A stretch of DNA of 64,000 nt from Rhina ancylostomus (lineage: Eukaryota): contig JARFYF010000002.1 of the NCBI GenBank assembly GCA_030265395.1, forward strand, positions 42,591,086 through 42,655,085, written 5' to 3'. The position numbers and the translations under genes are program-made. Below, one piece after another: positions 1 to 11,670 of the stretch (position 1 is the stretch's first letter; each line of letters begins with the position of its first letter). The notes under the pieces were generated by a model. That model was not told where the DNA came from, did not search any database, and saw only the letters and a list, made by a program, of their open reading frames with translations.

Positions 1-320
1 GGACAAACAATATCTTTTTCCCATTATTGAGCAATCCAACACCAGAAGGCATGCAGTTAAGCTGAGAGGGGGTAGGTTCAGAACAGATGTGAGGGGTATG
101 TTTTTTTACTGAGAGGGTGGTAGTTGCCTGGAATATGTTGCCTGATAGGGTAGTGGAGGCAAGTTCATTGTGTGCTTTTAAGAGTGGCTTGGATGGGCAC
201 ATGAATGAGAGGAAAATAGAGGGATATGGGCATTCTGCAGGTAGGAGGGAACAGCTATGTCTGCATAACATTGTGGGCCGAAAAAAAAGGCCTGTTCTTT
301 GCTGTACTGTTCTATGTTCT
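1..320 (+). mobile_element. CR1-type LINE 3' end
   Basis: Decayed CR1 ORF2 C-terminus (TRRHAVKL...RVVVAWNMLP...FKSGLD) and a gctgtactgttctatgttct tail; closely similar to 60830-61092. Confidence 0.85.
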
Positions 321-887
321 AAGACAACAAACCAAATCTTCAAGAGTCTAGTCTATAATCTGGGGCACCACAAGATAACTTGTGAAGATACAGGGTGCCT
401 GAACTCTTTATATCCCTAATGAGAATGGTCAATCTCAAGCAAACAGAGGTGCAAGAAACTACAGAGGTAACTTTCAAACCAGCCCTATTTTCCAGCCATG
501 TTAATAGATTCCTACCAAAGTGATGGTGGGAAAACAGCACAATGATCTTTGGTATTCAGGAATATGGCACACTCTGCAATTGCGCAGCCTTGTTATAAAG
601 TGAGTTGTTTCAAGTTGCATCGTAATCTGTGAATATTGCCACAGCAAGGTATTGCGATAATTGGTATGTACATAGTTCTGCACTAATAAGATATAAGAGA
701 GATCATTCAGCCTGCCTAAGTTTTTCTGTCCATAGAGATTTGCATTTTCCTCCTTCTTGCTAATTGATTGTTAAATAATTCCACCAAGCCATCCAGGAAA
801 ATCAATTCAAACCAGGGTCCAACTTAACAAAGATGTTATTTGACATTGAGTAATGTAATAGAGATCATGTACATTTTGAGCATATTT

Positions 888-1215
888 TACCATAAGACCA
901 TAAGATACAAGAGCAGAATTAGGCCATTCGGTCCATTGAGTCTGATTCGCCATTCAATCGTGGCTGATTTTTTTTCCGTTGTCTCAACCCCATTCTCCTG
1001 CCTTCTCCCCATAACCCTTAACCCCCTTAACAATCAAGAACCTATCAATCTCTGGAGGCACAGGAGACTGCATATGCTGGAATCTGGAGCAACAATCTGT
1101 TGGAGGAACTCAACAAGTTGAGCAGCATCTGTCGGAGGAAAGGAATCGTCAATGTTTCAGGTCAAATCCCTACATCAGAACCCCCTTACCAATCAAGAAC
1201 CTTTCAATCCCTACC
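888..1215 (-). mobile_element. CR1-type LINE 3' tail interrupted by a Penelope-type terminal fragment (1051-1178)
   Basis: ccataagaccataagatacaagagcagaattaggccattcgg is the reverse complement of a CR1 tail. The inner fragment carries the ggaggaactc...agcagcatctgt motif and is flanked by a 31-bp duplication. Confidence 0.7.
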
Positions 1216-1321
1216 TTTTCTGAGACAAATGCTATTCTTAGATCTGTTTTGTGTTCCATTAATTTAATTCCTAAATGTGCATTGGAATCCATGATCAAGC
1301 AATCCAAATTTTTAATGAATA

Positions 1322-1715
1322 ATGAAAAGCACAACGATGCTGGAGGAACTCAGCAGACCAGGCAGCATCCGTGGAGAAAAGCAGGCAGTCAACATTTCTG
1401 GTCAGGGNNNNNNNNNNNNNNNNNNNNNNNNNNNNNNNNNNNNNNNNNNNNNNNNNNNNNNNNNNNNNNNNNNNNNNNNNNNNNNNNNNNNNNNNNNNNN
1501 NNNNNNNNNNNNNNNNNNNNNNNNNNNNNNNNNNNNNNNNNNNNNNNNNNNNNNNNNNNNNNNNNNNNNNNNNNNNNNNNNNNNNNNNNNNNNNNNNNNN
1601 NNNNNNNNNNNNNNNNNNNNNNNNNNNNNNNNNNNNNNNNNNNNNNNNNNNNNNNNNNNNNNNNNNNNNNNNNNNNNNNNNNNNNNNNATGGGGGTGAAA
1701 GAAGGGGGCATGGGG
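1322..1715 (-). mobile_element. Penelope-like element terminal repeat (spans an N-gap)
   Basis: gatgctggaggaactcagcagaccaggcagcatccgtggagaaaagcagg is near-identical to the start of the 24310-24670 copy. Confidence 0.7.
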
Positions 1716-1899
1716 ATTTGTTTCTCTTTTTCTGCCAAGAGAATTATGATCTCTTGATTCCTTTTGCCTTAGTTAGGTTTATGATTGAAAGAATAAATCA
1801 TTTGTCAAGATATGAAGAACAAAGAGAGTATGAAAATTTTGGGAAAGATTATCTTCATTGACCAGAAAATCAATTAGACCAGAATCTCAATCACACCAG

Positions 1900-2420
1900 C
1901 CACATAAATACAATGGCTACTTCAGCTGTTCAGAGGCTGGGCATCCTTCTGGGCTCTTCCCCATACACCATAAAGTATTTCCACCATCTACAAAACACAA
2001 GTCAGGAGCATGATGAAATAGCCTCCATTTCACTGAATGAGTACAGTTCCAACAACACTCAAGAAGCTTGAGACCATGTAAAGCAAGATATCCCACATGA
2101 TTGGCTTCACCACTATAAGCATTCATTCCGTCCACTATCAGTGCCTATAATCAACACAATGCACTACAGTTCTCTTAATTGTGCCCTCTGACACAAGGGC
2201 TTCAGGCAACGTCAACACCCTAGCTTACAAGTAACACACCAACTGGACTTCGAAACAGATCACTTGTTATTCATCTTCATTGGGTCTAAATCCTGCAGCT
2301 CCCTACCCAATGACATAAGGGGTGTACCTTCACCAGAAGAAATGCAATGGTTCATGAAGATAGTTCATCAATACTTTCTCAAGGGCAATTAGAGGTGAGC
2401 CTTGCAAGTGGTCCAAGTCT
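1900..2420 (+). mobile_element. Decayed CR1/L2-group LINE 3' end
   Basis: Residual ORF2-like segments (PTTLKKLET; GSKSCSSLPN, the WNSLP motif region) and the ending ttctcaagggcaattag. Confidence 0.55.
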
Positions 2421-2428
2421 TGCAAGTA

Positions 2429-3140
2429 GGGCAAGAACAGTAGCGTAGCAGTTAGTGTAACACTATTAAAGCGTCAGCAACCCAGGTTCAATTCTGGCTG
2501 CTGACTGTAAGGAGTTTGTACATTCTTCCCATGACTGGGTGGGTTTCCTCTGGGTGCTCCAGTTTCCTCCCACATTCCAAAGACATACCATAGAACCATA
2601 GAACAGTACAGCACAATACAGGCCCTTCAGCCCACCGTGTTGTGACGCCCATCAAACCACACCTCACACTATCTAACCCTTTCCTCCCACATATCCCTCT
2701 ATCCCACACTCCTCCATATGCCNNNNNNNNNNNNNNNNNNNNNNNNNNNNNNNNNNNNNNNNNNNNNNNNNNNNNNNNNNNNNNNNNNNNNNNNNNNNNN
2801 NNNNNNNNNNNNNNNNNNNNNNNNNNNNNNNNNNNNNNNNNNNNNNNNNNNNNNNNNNNNNNNNNNNNNNNNNNNNNNNNNNNNNNNNNNNNNNNNNNNN
2901 NNNNNNNNNNNNNNNNNNNNNNNNNNNNNNNNNNNNNNNNNNNNNNNNNNNNNNNNNNNNNNNNNNNNNNNNNNNNNNNNNNNNNNNNNNNNNNNNNNNN
3001 NNNNNNNNNNNNNNNNNNNNNNNNNNNNNNNNNNNNNNNNNNNNNNNNNNNNNNNNNNNNNNNNNNNNNNNNNNNNNNNNTTATTCAGAAGAGTTATTTC
3101 ATATGTATATATGACTAATAAAGATATCTTATCTTATTAT
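2429..3140 (+). mobile_element. tRNA-derived V-SINE with a nested inverted CR1 3' end (from 2589 into the gap)
   Basis: A/B-box head (gtagcgtagcagttag...ggttcaattc), V-domain gggtttcctctgggtgctccagtttcctcccacattccaaagac and a tail atgactaataaagatatcttatctt after the gap. Confidence 0.75.
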
Positions 3141-3221
3141 TAAAAATCACTGAAAAAGGGGTAATTTTTAAAATTGTGACCATTTAACCATTTTCACCTG
3201 GGCGAAAGGTGAAGGATCACC

Positions 3222-3326
3222 CAGTCCTGATGAAAGGTCTCAGCCCAAAACATCAACTGTTCACTTCCCTCCATCGATGCTGCCGGACCTGCTGAGTTCC
3301 TCCAGCACTGTGTGTGTGTGTTGCTC
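3222..3326 (+). mobile_element. Penelope-type terminal repeat fragment with a decayed minimal hammerhead ribozyme (3222-3259)
   Basis: CAGTC-CTGATGA-AAGG-TCTCAG-CCC-AAAA-CATC-AACTG, followed by gatgctgccggacctgctgagttcctccagca. Confidence 0.75.
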
Positions 3327-3714
3327 CACTATACTCCATACCAATTATCTTTGGATTCTGTTAGAACCTTCACTGTGGAGATTGTTCCTTGATATGATCC
3401 TTCCTTACACATCTCCAGCAATCTAAACATTACAAACCATGGTTGGTCACACTCAAGCAGAAAACGAATGAGATGTATCACCAGCTCTTGGTTAGTTTTA
3501 TATGCGAGGTCAGCTTTTTCTATTTTTAACACTGAGAAGTAGAACATTCATTGTCTGTTCCAACTAGAGGGGTTTAGGCTTTATTGCTTAGTTTCCTCTG
3601 TTACCAAGCAATGCAGATTTTCATCCTTCCCATCAATGCAAATGTCATTTTGATTGTAGATGGGCAGACAAAACTACCTGTTAATACTTTAATATTGATG
3701 AAAATCAAGTTGCA

Positions 3715-4105
3715 AACCATGCATTGCTGTTGCACCTTTCACAACATCCTAACACCTTTATAGAAAGAATTTACTTTTGATGTACAGTCACTGTGTAATG
3801 TAGGAAACCCAACCTCCAACTCACAGTTCCCACAAGCAGCAATGTGTTAATGATCAGATAATCTGGCTTAGTAATATTGAGTAAGAGGTAGATATTGGCT
3901 AGGACATCCAGGCCGACTCCACTGCTCTTCAAAATAGCATCAGGGAATCTTTTACGTCTCCCTGAGAGAAGAGGCTTTCCATTGAAAACAAGCAACAAAA
4001 ATTCAGGCAATGTTGCAGTTCCTCAACACTACACCAGAGTGTCAGCCAACATTCCAAGATTCTGCTCTGAGACTTGGGCTCACAATTTTCGGACCCACAG
4101 CTGAC
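3715..4105 (-). mobile_element. Deu-domain SINE (AmnSINE1/SacSINE1-like), decayed
   Basis: The reverse complement reads ...gacgtaaaagattccctgatgctattttgaagagcagtggag...tgtcctagccaatatctacc...gattatctgatcattaacacattgctgcttgtggga...gtgaaaggtgc, the Deu-domain and tail layout as I recall it. Confidence 0.65.
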
Positions 4106-4919
4106 ACCTAAAAGCATGCATAATCATTCTGACTATTCCTGAAATAAAATGGTAATTAATACAATAAATGCTAGAAAAAAAAGAAAATTGAAAAGCAGAA
4201 AAATGGGAGAAAACTGATGACACACATCATTCACAGCTGTGGACTAAAACTGATGTATTTCAGATCTGGAAAGTTGTAATGTAATTTAGAAGGCAGATCT
4301 TGGTCTAATTAACAAGCCTACTACAGGGTGTTAAAAAAAGGTTTTAAAAGTTGCAGGTTGAAATTGCTAAGTGAAGTTTTTAAACATTTTGTCTGCAACA
4401 GACACCTGATTTCAGAGAGAAGGGATGAAAAAACAAAGGCATGGACTTCCCAAGCCACAATCTCTATCTGTTTCACTAGCAACTGTTGCCAACTTTGGTG
4501 TCACATTTGACTCTGAGTTTCAGANNNNNNNNNNNNNNNNNNNNNNNNNNNNNNNNNNNNNNNNNNNNNNNNNNNNNNNNNNNNNNNNNNNNNNNNNNNN
4601 NNNNNNNNNNNNNNNNNNNNNNNNTCCCTCTGTGCCTTTTCAAAACCCATCAATTCTACCCCAGTAACACCACCTGTCTCCAGCCTTGAATTCCGCTTAT
4701 CTGCTTCAGAGTGTCTCATCTGTAATTTGGGTACCTCTAAACTTGACTGTACCTGGCTGAGGGATCTGCTGAACCTGATGCAATCCAAATGGCCTGAGCC
4801 CAAGGACTTAAAACTATTTTCCACGCTGACCCAACTTAAACCTAACGCACATAGTCAAATACCTTTGGATTAGAGACAGGTAAGTGGACTCTAATTTGCC
4901 CTCTCTCATTCTATTCTCT

Positions 4920-5385
4920 ATAAATGAGATCATCTACAGATTCTGCCTCCCTAGTATTAACTTGTACTAGGCCCTCCTTATATCCATCAGTCCAGCACTA
5001 GCTCACCTACATTGACTCCCAGTCAAATAACATTACGATTTAAAAATTCTCATCACTCTCTCCAAAACTCTTAATGGCTTCATCCTTCCCTAAATCTGTG
5101 ATCTCTGCAAACTCCTATACTCTCCAATACTTACTCCTCCAACTATAGACTCCTGCATTTAATTACCACAAGGCACCAAGTAATGGTATTTCCTCCCAAA
5201 ACTTCTGTCTCTCTCTTTTTGTCTGCTTATTTAGTACACTTGAAACCTATAACTTAGTGTTTTAATGTAATCAACTCTGGGTCATTATTGGTAACTTAAC
5301 TATATGTTGTAATACTTACTATGGTCAAGTGCATTGGGGTGATTTTATTTCATTAAAATTGACCATAGAAATGAAAGCTGTTCCT
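4920..5385 (+). mobile_element. L2-type LINE 3' fragment, highly decayed
   Basis: ctacattgactcccagtcaaataacattacgatttaaaattctc is the LHWLPV..RI.FKIL motif region; an L2-like tail lies near 5330-5380. Confidence 0.55.
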
Positions 5386-5399
5386 GTGGGAGTATTAAT

Positions 5400-6633
5400 C
5401 TAGGACAATATCGGAGGTTGGGGAAAGGGATGCACAATGATGTGCAGGATTCATCTGAAGATTTAAGTAACAGAAAATAGGTGCTACATTGTTGGGCATT
5501 TACTGAAGACATTCAAATAATGTGAAGGAGATAGAGAAGGAAGATCACAGAACAATTTGGAGAAATATAAAATTATTAAGGCAGTAATAGCATGCAATGG
5601 CAAAACAGTAAACTGGGGAAAAAACTAACATAAATGCTAATGGTGGTGAATGTTTAAAACAAAATATCCTTAATCAGTACATTTCTAGACCAAATGGAAA
5701 GGAAGCAGTACTGGTTCTAGTTCCAGAAAGTAAACTGGGCAAATAGAGTGCGTAAAGTAGGAGAGCACCATTTTAAACTGATTATAATAAATGAAATGCT
5801 GAAATTGAATGAGAAATTAAAATCAAAATGTAAAAAAACAGTTTATGAACTAGGTATAAATACATCAGAAGCTCAGTGTGCACACGAACATTGTAAAGAA
5901 GATAGGAAGGGTAAAAGAGAGAAAGGAAAACGATTAGTGAGCAATATTAAAAGGATTACAAAATCTTTAATGAACTGATAACAAGTAAAAGGCTTGTTAA
6001 AGAAATGGTACAGATGGTTGAGTGAGCGCATTGCCTGCTGTTTTTATAAATAAACAAAGCACAGGATGAAGTTGAGGGGAAGGCCATAAAGGTTCAGTTT
6101 AGAATAAAACTATGTGCCAAATTGGTCAGTGTCATTTCAGTTAACTAGTTACCTGGTCCAGATAGGCTCCACCTTTGTTGCTGAGTGATGATAGAGTGGA
6201 GACATAAGATGTTCTCAGGAATCTTTCAATCCTCCTTAAATATGAGAGTGGCATCAGGAGACTGGTGGACTGGATGGGTTGCATCGCTGCTCAAAAAAGA
6301 AAGCAGTATTAACTTGGTAACTATAGAGGCCAATCAGTCTAACATTGAAACTACTGGCAAAGGCAAAATTAATTCTCATTTGAAGAAGCAGGTGTAACTA
6401 AAGGCAACCGGTGTGGTTTGGTAATGATAAATTGTATCCAGCTACCCTAATTGAGTTCCTTTCTGAGGCAACAGAGGGTTTTGATAAAGATGGCATTATA
6501 GATTTGCATGGGGAATTTAAATGGTATTTCTTAAAGTATCACATAACCACCATGTGCAAAATGGAAGCAAGTATGATTACAGGAATGGTGATAACTTAGG
6601 TAAATACTTGGTTGAGGGATAAAAGACAGTTAC
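5400..6633 (+). mobile_element. CR1 ORF2 internal fragment, highly decayed
   Basis: Remnants of SPGPD (ttacctggtccagatagg), IFQSSL...GDW, LKKES, NYRP.SLT (aactatagaggccaatcagtctaac) and LIEF.E.T...D.G motifs, with many stops and frameshifts. Confidence 0.7.
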
Positions 6634-6919
6634 CNNNNNNNNNNNNNNNNNNNNNNNNNNNNNNNNNNNNNNNNNNNNNNNNNNNNNNNNNNNNNNNNNN
6701 NNNNNNNNNNNNNNNNNNNNNNNNNNNNNNNNNNAGTTACCATTACTGAACTTTCAATTCCATATTTATTTAATTACTTGAATTTAAGTTCTCCAGCTGC
6801 TGTGGTGGGATGTAACTGGCGTATCTGGATTAATGGTTCAGAGCTCCAGTTTACACTGAACAACTGCACCGCCACACTTACCAATCACTGTTTAGGCTCC
6901 ATTTTGGAGGATTGTATAC

Positions 6920-7180
6920 AAATGAGGTGCTAAATTGAGGCTATGCCGGTTCTTTCAATTGGATGTAAAAGATTTTGAAGAGAGCCAATATTTATCAATG
7001 AACATTAAATCAATATTATCTTGTCTTATATTGCCTGCGAAAGTTTGTTGTGTCCAAATTATCTGCAGTGTTTACTTCATTAGGACAGTAACTGCGCTTC
7101 AGAGCAGCTCTTGCCTAATTGCATTTTGGGACGTCCCGGAAGGGATGTGAAAAGCCTTATGTACTGTACATACAAGTCTT
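6920..7180 (+). mobile_element. Deu-domain SINE fragment
   Basis: taaattgaggc...ggatgtaaaagattttgaagagagccaatatttatc...gcattttgggacgtcc...gtgaaaagccttatgta is homologous to 3715-4105 in the opposite orientation. Confidence 0.55.
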
Positions 7181-8631
7181 TACATTTTGCGAGAGACCAT
7201 TCCGTACCGTTGACTTTCTTGACATTAGAACCTTTTCACTGGGAGACCACTCCCCGCGCATGTACAGTATATCACACAGAGCTCTCGCTGAGTGAACAGA
7301 GTGCAAGTCGCAATCTGAAAGACTCAAAGCAGAAGCCTTCAGGTGGCTTTCATATTCTACTGCTCCCGCTTTGACTGCAGCCTTAGAGCCTGCAAGTTCT
7401 TACAGCTTTTCATTATCTTTGTCTGTTTGTGCAGTTAGGAAAGAGGAAATCTATTCGGTTACAGGTAACACTGCTTAATTCAATGTGATTATTATTATCA
7501 TTATTATTTGAAATTATATTGTTCAATTGGTTGAACCCTGTAAATAATATGTTGAGGAATTGCTATTACATTCATCCACGCGGGTGGCTGTATTTGAAAT
7601 TCGCAGTTTCATTATTGCATGTTAGAACTCGCTGAAAAATATACTGGTATGTATGTTTCACATAATGATCCGTCATTTTAAAACGCATTCTCACCAAATA
7701 CTTAAGGCAACGAAATAGCCTAAGGGTTAACTACATTGGATGTTTTGACCAAGGATAATTTTATTGAACTTTTCAAATTCTCTGCCTTTAGTTACCTGTT
7801 CAGGTACAAAACTTCATTTTATCATTTGTTATGATTTCCATAATTAGTCACCTTGAGTTTCGGATCCAATTTATGTGATATTTCCGATATGTTATATTAC
7901 AGCACGAAAGCTGTTGGTCTGTCTAAAGGTATTTCATTGACTGGTTTCAACTGGAAATTGGGAGTATGTACTGTATTATTTCAGCAGATTTTGCAGCCGA
8001 CGTGTCTCAACCATTGCCCACCAGGCGTTCCAAAAGCAGAAAAACTTCTAACCCGCCTGGTTTTGACCCAGAGAGTCTGAGCTCCTCGTTGGGTGACCTG
8101 TGTAATAACTTGAACCAGTAATACTTTCATCCGGGAGGTAATGGCAATAACAATGACCGGTATGGACCAAAGCTGATTTCTGATCATGTGTCTGCTAATT
8201 CAAACAAAGTTAAATCTCCAGGGCCCTTATCTTAGGAATACGACACTTAAAGTGAGCTTTCCAATAAATTGAAGAGTTGTCTGCCGCTATTAGGTGAGGG
8301 AATGTTTCGAGGAGAAGGTTCGGGATGCGATGAACAGGTTGGCTCGCGTTTTGCCTTGTCTTTTCACTCTGTGGGAGCCGTCCCGAGTCCGTGTTCACAA
8401 ATCCGGAATGTCTTACCTTAAACCTTATTCAACTATTCATTGTGGACTCTATTCTTGGAAAGAACAACCGTACGCGAAAACCAGACATTTATTAATATAT
8501 TCTAATGCGGTTCATAAGGTTTACTTATTAACATTATTGCTACTCCACTGAAATTTGCGATCCATTGATCGTCAATACAGCTTTAAGGTAAAATCCTATT
8601 TATGAATGGAAGAAACAGTACCGTCTGTAGG

Positions 8632-8822
8632 GTCATAGAGAGACACAGGGTAGAAACAGGCACTTCGGCCCAACAACAAAGCATCCTTTCTTTAAAACAC
8701 TAATCCTATCCCAAACTAAAATATTCTCTGTACCTTCACAATATCTCCTCCCAAGACTCCCGCATTTTAGGAGAAATTTACAGTCGTCAATTAACCTACC
8801 AACCTGCACGTTTGGGAAGTGT
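8632..8822 (-). mobile_element. SINE 3' portion with a CR1-like tail
   Basis: gtcatagagagacacagggtagaaacaggcacttcggccca...aatttacagtcgtcaattaacctaccaacctgcacgtttggga is homologous to 53195-53520. Confidence 0.55.
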
Positions 8823-9484
8823 GCGTTACTGTGTTCAATGTGTAAACTAATTAGAATATTACAGAAATAAAAACAGAAAATACTGGAAATTATCAGCAGA
8901 TCAGGCAGCGTGGGTAGATAGGGAAACGGAGTTAACGTTGCATCACATATTAGTGTTCAGCGCGTCCTTTGTCCTGCACCTGTCACTTTACCTAGTTAGT
9001 TAAACAGTATATTGACATCGTTAGCAGTTAACCTAATATTGTTGAATATATACAGGATTGCATCTTTGACCTCTATTCACGTTGCCCATATTCTTTCAAT
9101 AGCATGCATTGAGTAGGTGTGTCTTTTGCAAAATCCTATATCCAGTACTTTGTATGTGTCTACGTTATACTTAAGCTGCAATTGTTCCGCATTTTTCAGC
9201 ATTAGTATTAGATACATTTGGTTTCAGCCATCTTAAGTTACTATCGTTATCTTTGTTAAGAGTTGCATAACAGCATGAGAACATAATTGGAGAAGGAGAG
9301 AGACATACAGCCCCTCTAGCCTGCTCCACCATTCCATAGGATCATTGTTGCACTAATTGTAGCTTCACTCCACTTTTTTGTCAGTTTCCCATAACTCCAT
9401 AATTACTACTCAGACTGTATACTCTCATTAGCAAGTTTGCAGACAACATGAAAATTGGTCGAGTTGTGAATAGTGCTGTAAGTT

Positions 9485-9765
9485 GGGCAGGCACGACAGT
9501 GTAGCAGTTAGCATAATGCTATTGCAGTGCCAGCAAGCCAGTTTCAATTTCAGCTACTCTCTGTAAGAAGTTTGTATGTTCTCCCTGTGTCTGCGTAGGT
9601 TTCCTCCCACGTTCCAAAGACGTACGGGTTAGGAAGTTGTGGGCATGCTATATTGACACCAGAAGCGTGGCAACACTTGCGGGCTACCCCCAGAACACTC
9701 TACACAAAAGATGCATTTCACTGTGTGTTTTGACGTACAGGTGACTAATAAAGATACCTCATCTA
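9485..9765 (+). mobile_element. tRNA-derived V-SINE
   Basis: Head, partial V-domain and tail gtgactaataaagatac; collinear with 32946-33240. Confidence 0.85.
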
Positions 9766-10035
9766 TAAACTTGGACCCCAAGACACCTCTGCACATCAAT
9801 GCTGTTAAGGGTCCTGCCATTAACTGTAGACTGTCCCTTTATATTTGATCTCCCAAAGTACAACACTTCAGACTTGCCAAGATTAAACTCAACTGCCAGT
9901 TCTCTGTCCATACCTGTAACTGATCATTATCTTGCTGAATCCTTTGCCAATCTTCTACACTATCCACAATGCCACAAATCTTTGTATCATCAACAAACTT
10001 ACGAACCCAATCATCCATGTTTTCATCCAAGTCAT
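9766..10035 (-). mobile_element. CR1 RT fragment
   Basis: The minus-strand ORF reads VRKFVDDTKICGIVDSVEDWQRIQQDNDQLQVWTENWQ, the FADD region of the RT. Confidence 0.85.
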
Positions 10036-10290
10036 GGACCGGGATTTTCTAAGCCCTTTGTTCACTGTTCTCCACCTCCTCCCTCCACCTGGTTCAATCT
10101 GCTCATCATCCCTCCCCATTGGGTTCCACCTATCACTTAGCGCCCTCTATCCCCCCCATTGCCTTGTATACTATATAGAAACAATCTTTCCTCTTCGCAA
10201 ATGTCTCAACCCAAAATGTCAACTTACACCTTTTGCCTCCACAAATGCTGATTGACCAGCTGAGTTCTTCCAGTGTTCTGTTTTACATCC
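10036..10290 (+). mobile_element. Penelope-type terminal repeat fragment
   Basis: Pyrimidine-rich segment followed by tctcaacccaaaatgtcaac...gctgattgaccagctgagttcttccag, as in the other copies. Confidence 0.55.
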
Positions 10291-10419
10291 CAGTTAAAAG
10301 ATGTTGTTTCACCCCAGAAGCTGCTCCTAATCCCTCTCTCCCAGGTGCTATCCTACATTATTGAAATCCACTTTCCTCCCAACTCAAGGGCTAATTTTAC
10401 CTTTTCCATGACTACCTTG

Positions 10420-10847
10420 AACATAGATAGAACACTACACACAGTCCAGGCCCTTCAGCCCACGATGTTGTGCCGACATTTTATCCTGCTCTAAGATCTA
10501 TCTAACCCTTCCCTTCCATATAGTCCCCTATTTTTCTATCATTCATGTGTCTATCTAAGAGTCTCTTAAATGTCACTAATGTATCTGCCCCCACAACCTC
10601 TGCAGGCAGTGCGTTCCACGCACCCACCTCTCTCTGTGTAAATAACTTACCCCTAACATCCCCCTTATACCTTCCTCCAATCACCTTAAAATGATGTCCC
10701 CTCGTGTTAGCCATTGTTGCCCTGGGAAAAAGTCTCTGACTGTCCACTCGATCTATGCCTCAATCTATACCATCTTGTACACCTCTATCAAGTCACCTCT
10801 CATCCTCCTTCTCTCCAAAGAGAGAAGCCCTAGCTCACTCAACCTAT
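10420..10847 (-). mobile_element. CR1 3' end (relatively young)
   Basis: Minus-strand ORF DSQRLFPRATMANTRGHHFKVIGGRYKGDVRGKLFTQREVGAWNALP; closely similar to 55812-56245. Confidence 0.9.
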
Positions 10848-10947
10848 NNNNNNNNNNNNNNNNNNNNNNNNNNNNNNNNNNNNNNNNNNNNNNNNNNNNN
10901 NNNNNNNNNNNNNNNNNNNNNNNNNNNNNNNNNNNNNNNNNNNNNNN

Positions 10948-11048
10948 AGAAGCGTGGCAACACTTGCGGGCTACCCCCAGAACACTCTACACAAAAGATG
11001 CATTTCACTGTGAGTTTTGATGTACATGTGACTAATAAAGATATCTTA
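10948..11048 (+). mobile_element. V-SINE 3' tail (5' part lost in the gap)
   Basis: Near-identical to 9661-9760. Confidence 0.8.
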
Positions 11049-11049
11049 T

Positions 11050-11670
11050 AAAAAGATACAACAGGATATAGATCAGTAGGAGATTTGGGTGGAGAAATGA
11101 CAGATGGAGTTTAATCCAGACAAGTGTGAGGTGATGCATTTTTGGGAGGTCAGCTGCAAGAGGAAAGTAAATGGCAGGACCCTTAGGAACACTGATACAC
11201 AGAGGGATCTTGGAGTGCAAGTCAATAGCTCCTTGAAGGTGGCAACAGAAATGGCTAGGGTGACAAAGAAGGCAAACAGCATGCTTGTCTTCATTGGTCA
11301 GGGCATTGAAATGTTGGAATGTCATGTTGCAGCTGTAGAAAACTTTGGTTAAGCCACACTTGGAAAATTGTGCACAATTCTGGTCACCACATTTTCGAAA
11401 GGATATGGAGGCTTTGGTGTAGAAGAGGTTCACCAGGATGTTACCTGGATTGAAGTGTATTAGCTAGAAGAAGAGGATGGACAAACTTGGATTGTTTTCT
11501 CTGGAGCTTCAGAGGCTGAAGAGTGACCTGAAAGAAGTATATAAAATTATGTGAGGCATAGATAGGTGGAAATATCAAAAACTAGAGAGCATGGGCTTAA
11601 GGTGGGGGGGGGGATGGAGTTTAAAGGTGATTTGCAAGGCAGGTTTTTCACACAGAGGTGCCTGGATCAT
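11050..11670 (+). mobile_element. CR1 ORF2 3' fragment
   Basis: MEFNPDKCEVMHF...RDLGVQVNSSLKV...KKANSML, then LVKPHLENCAQFWSPH. Confidence 0.9.
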
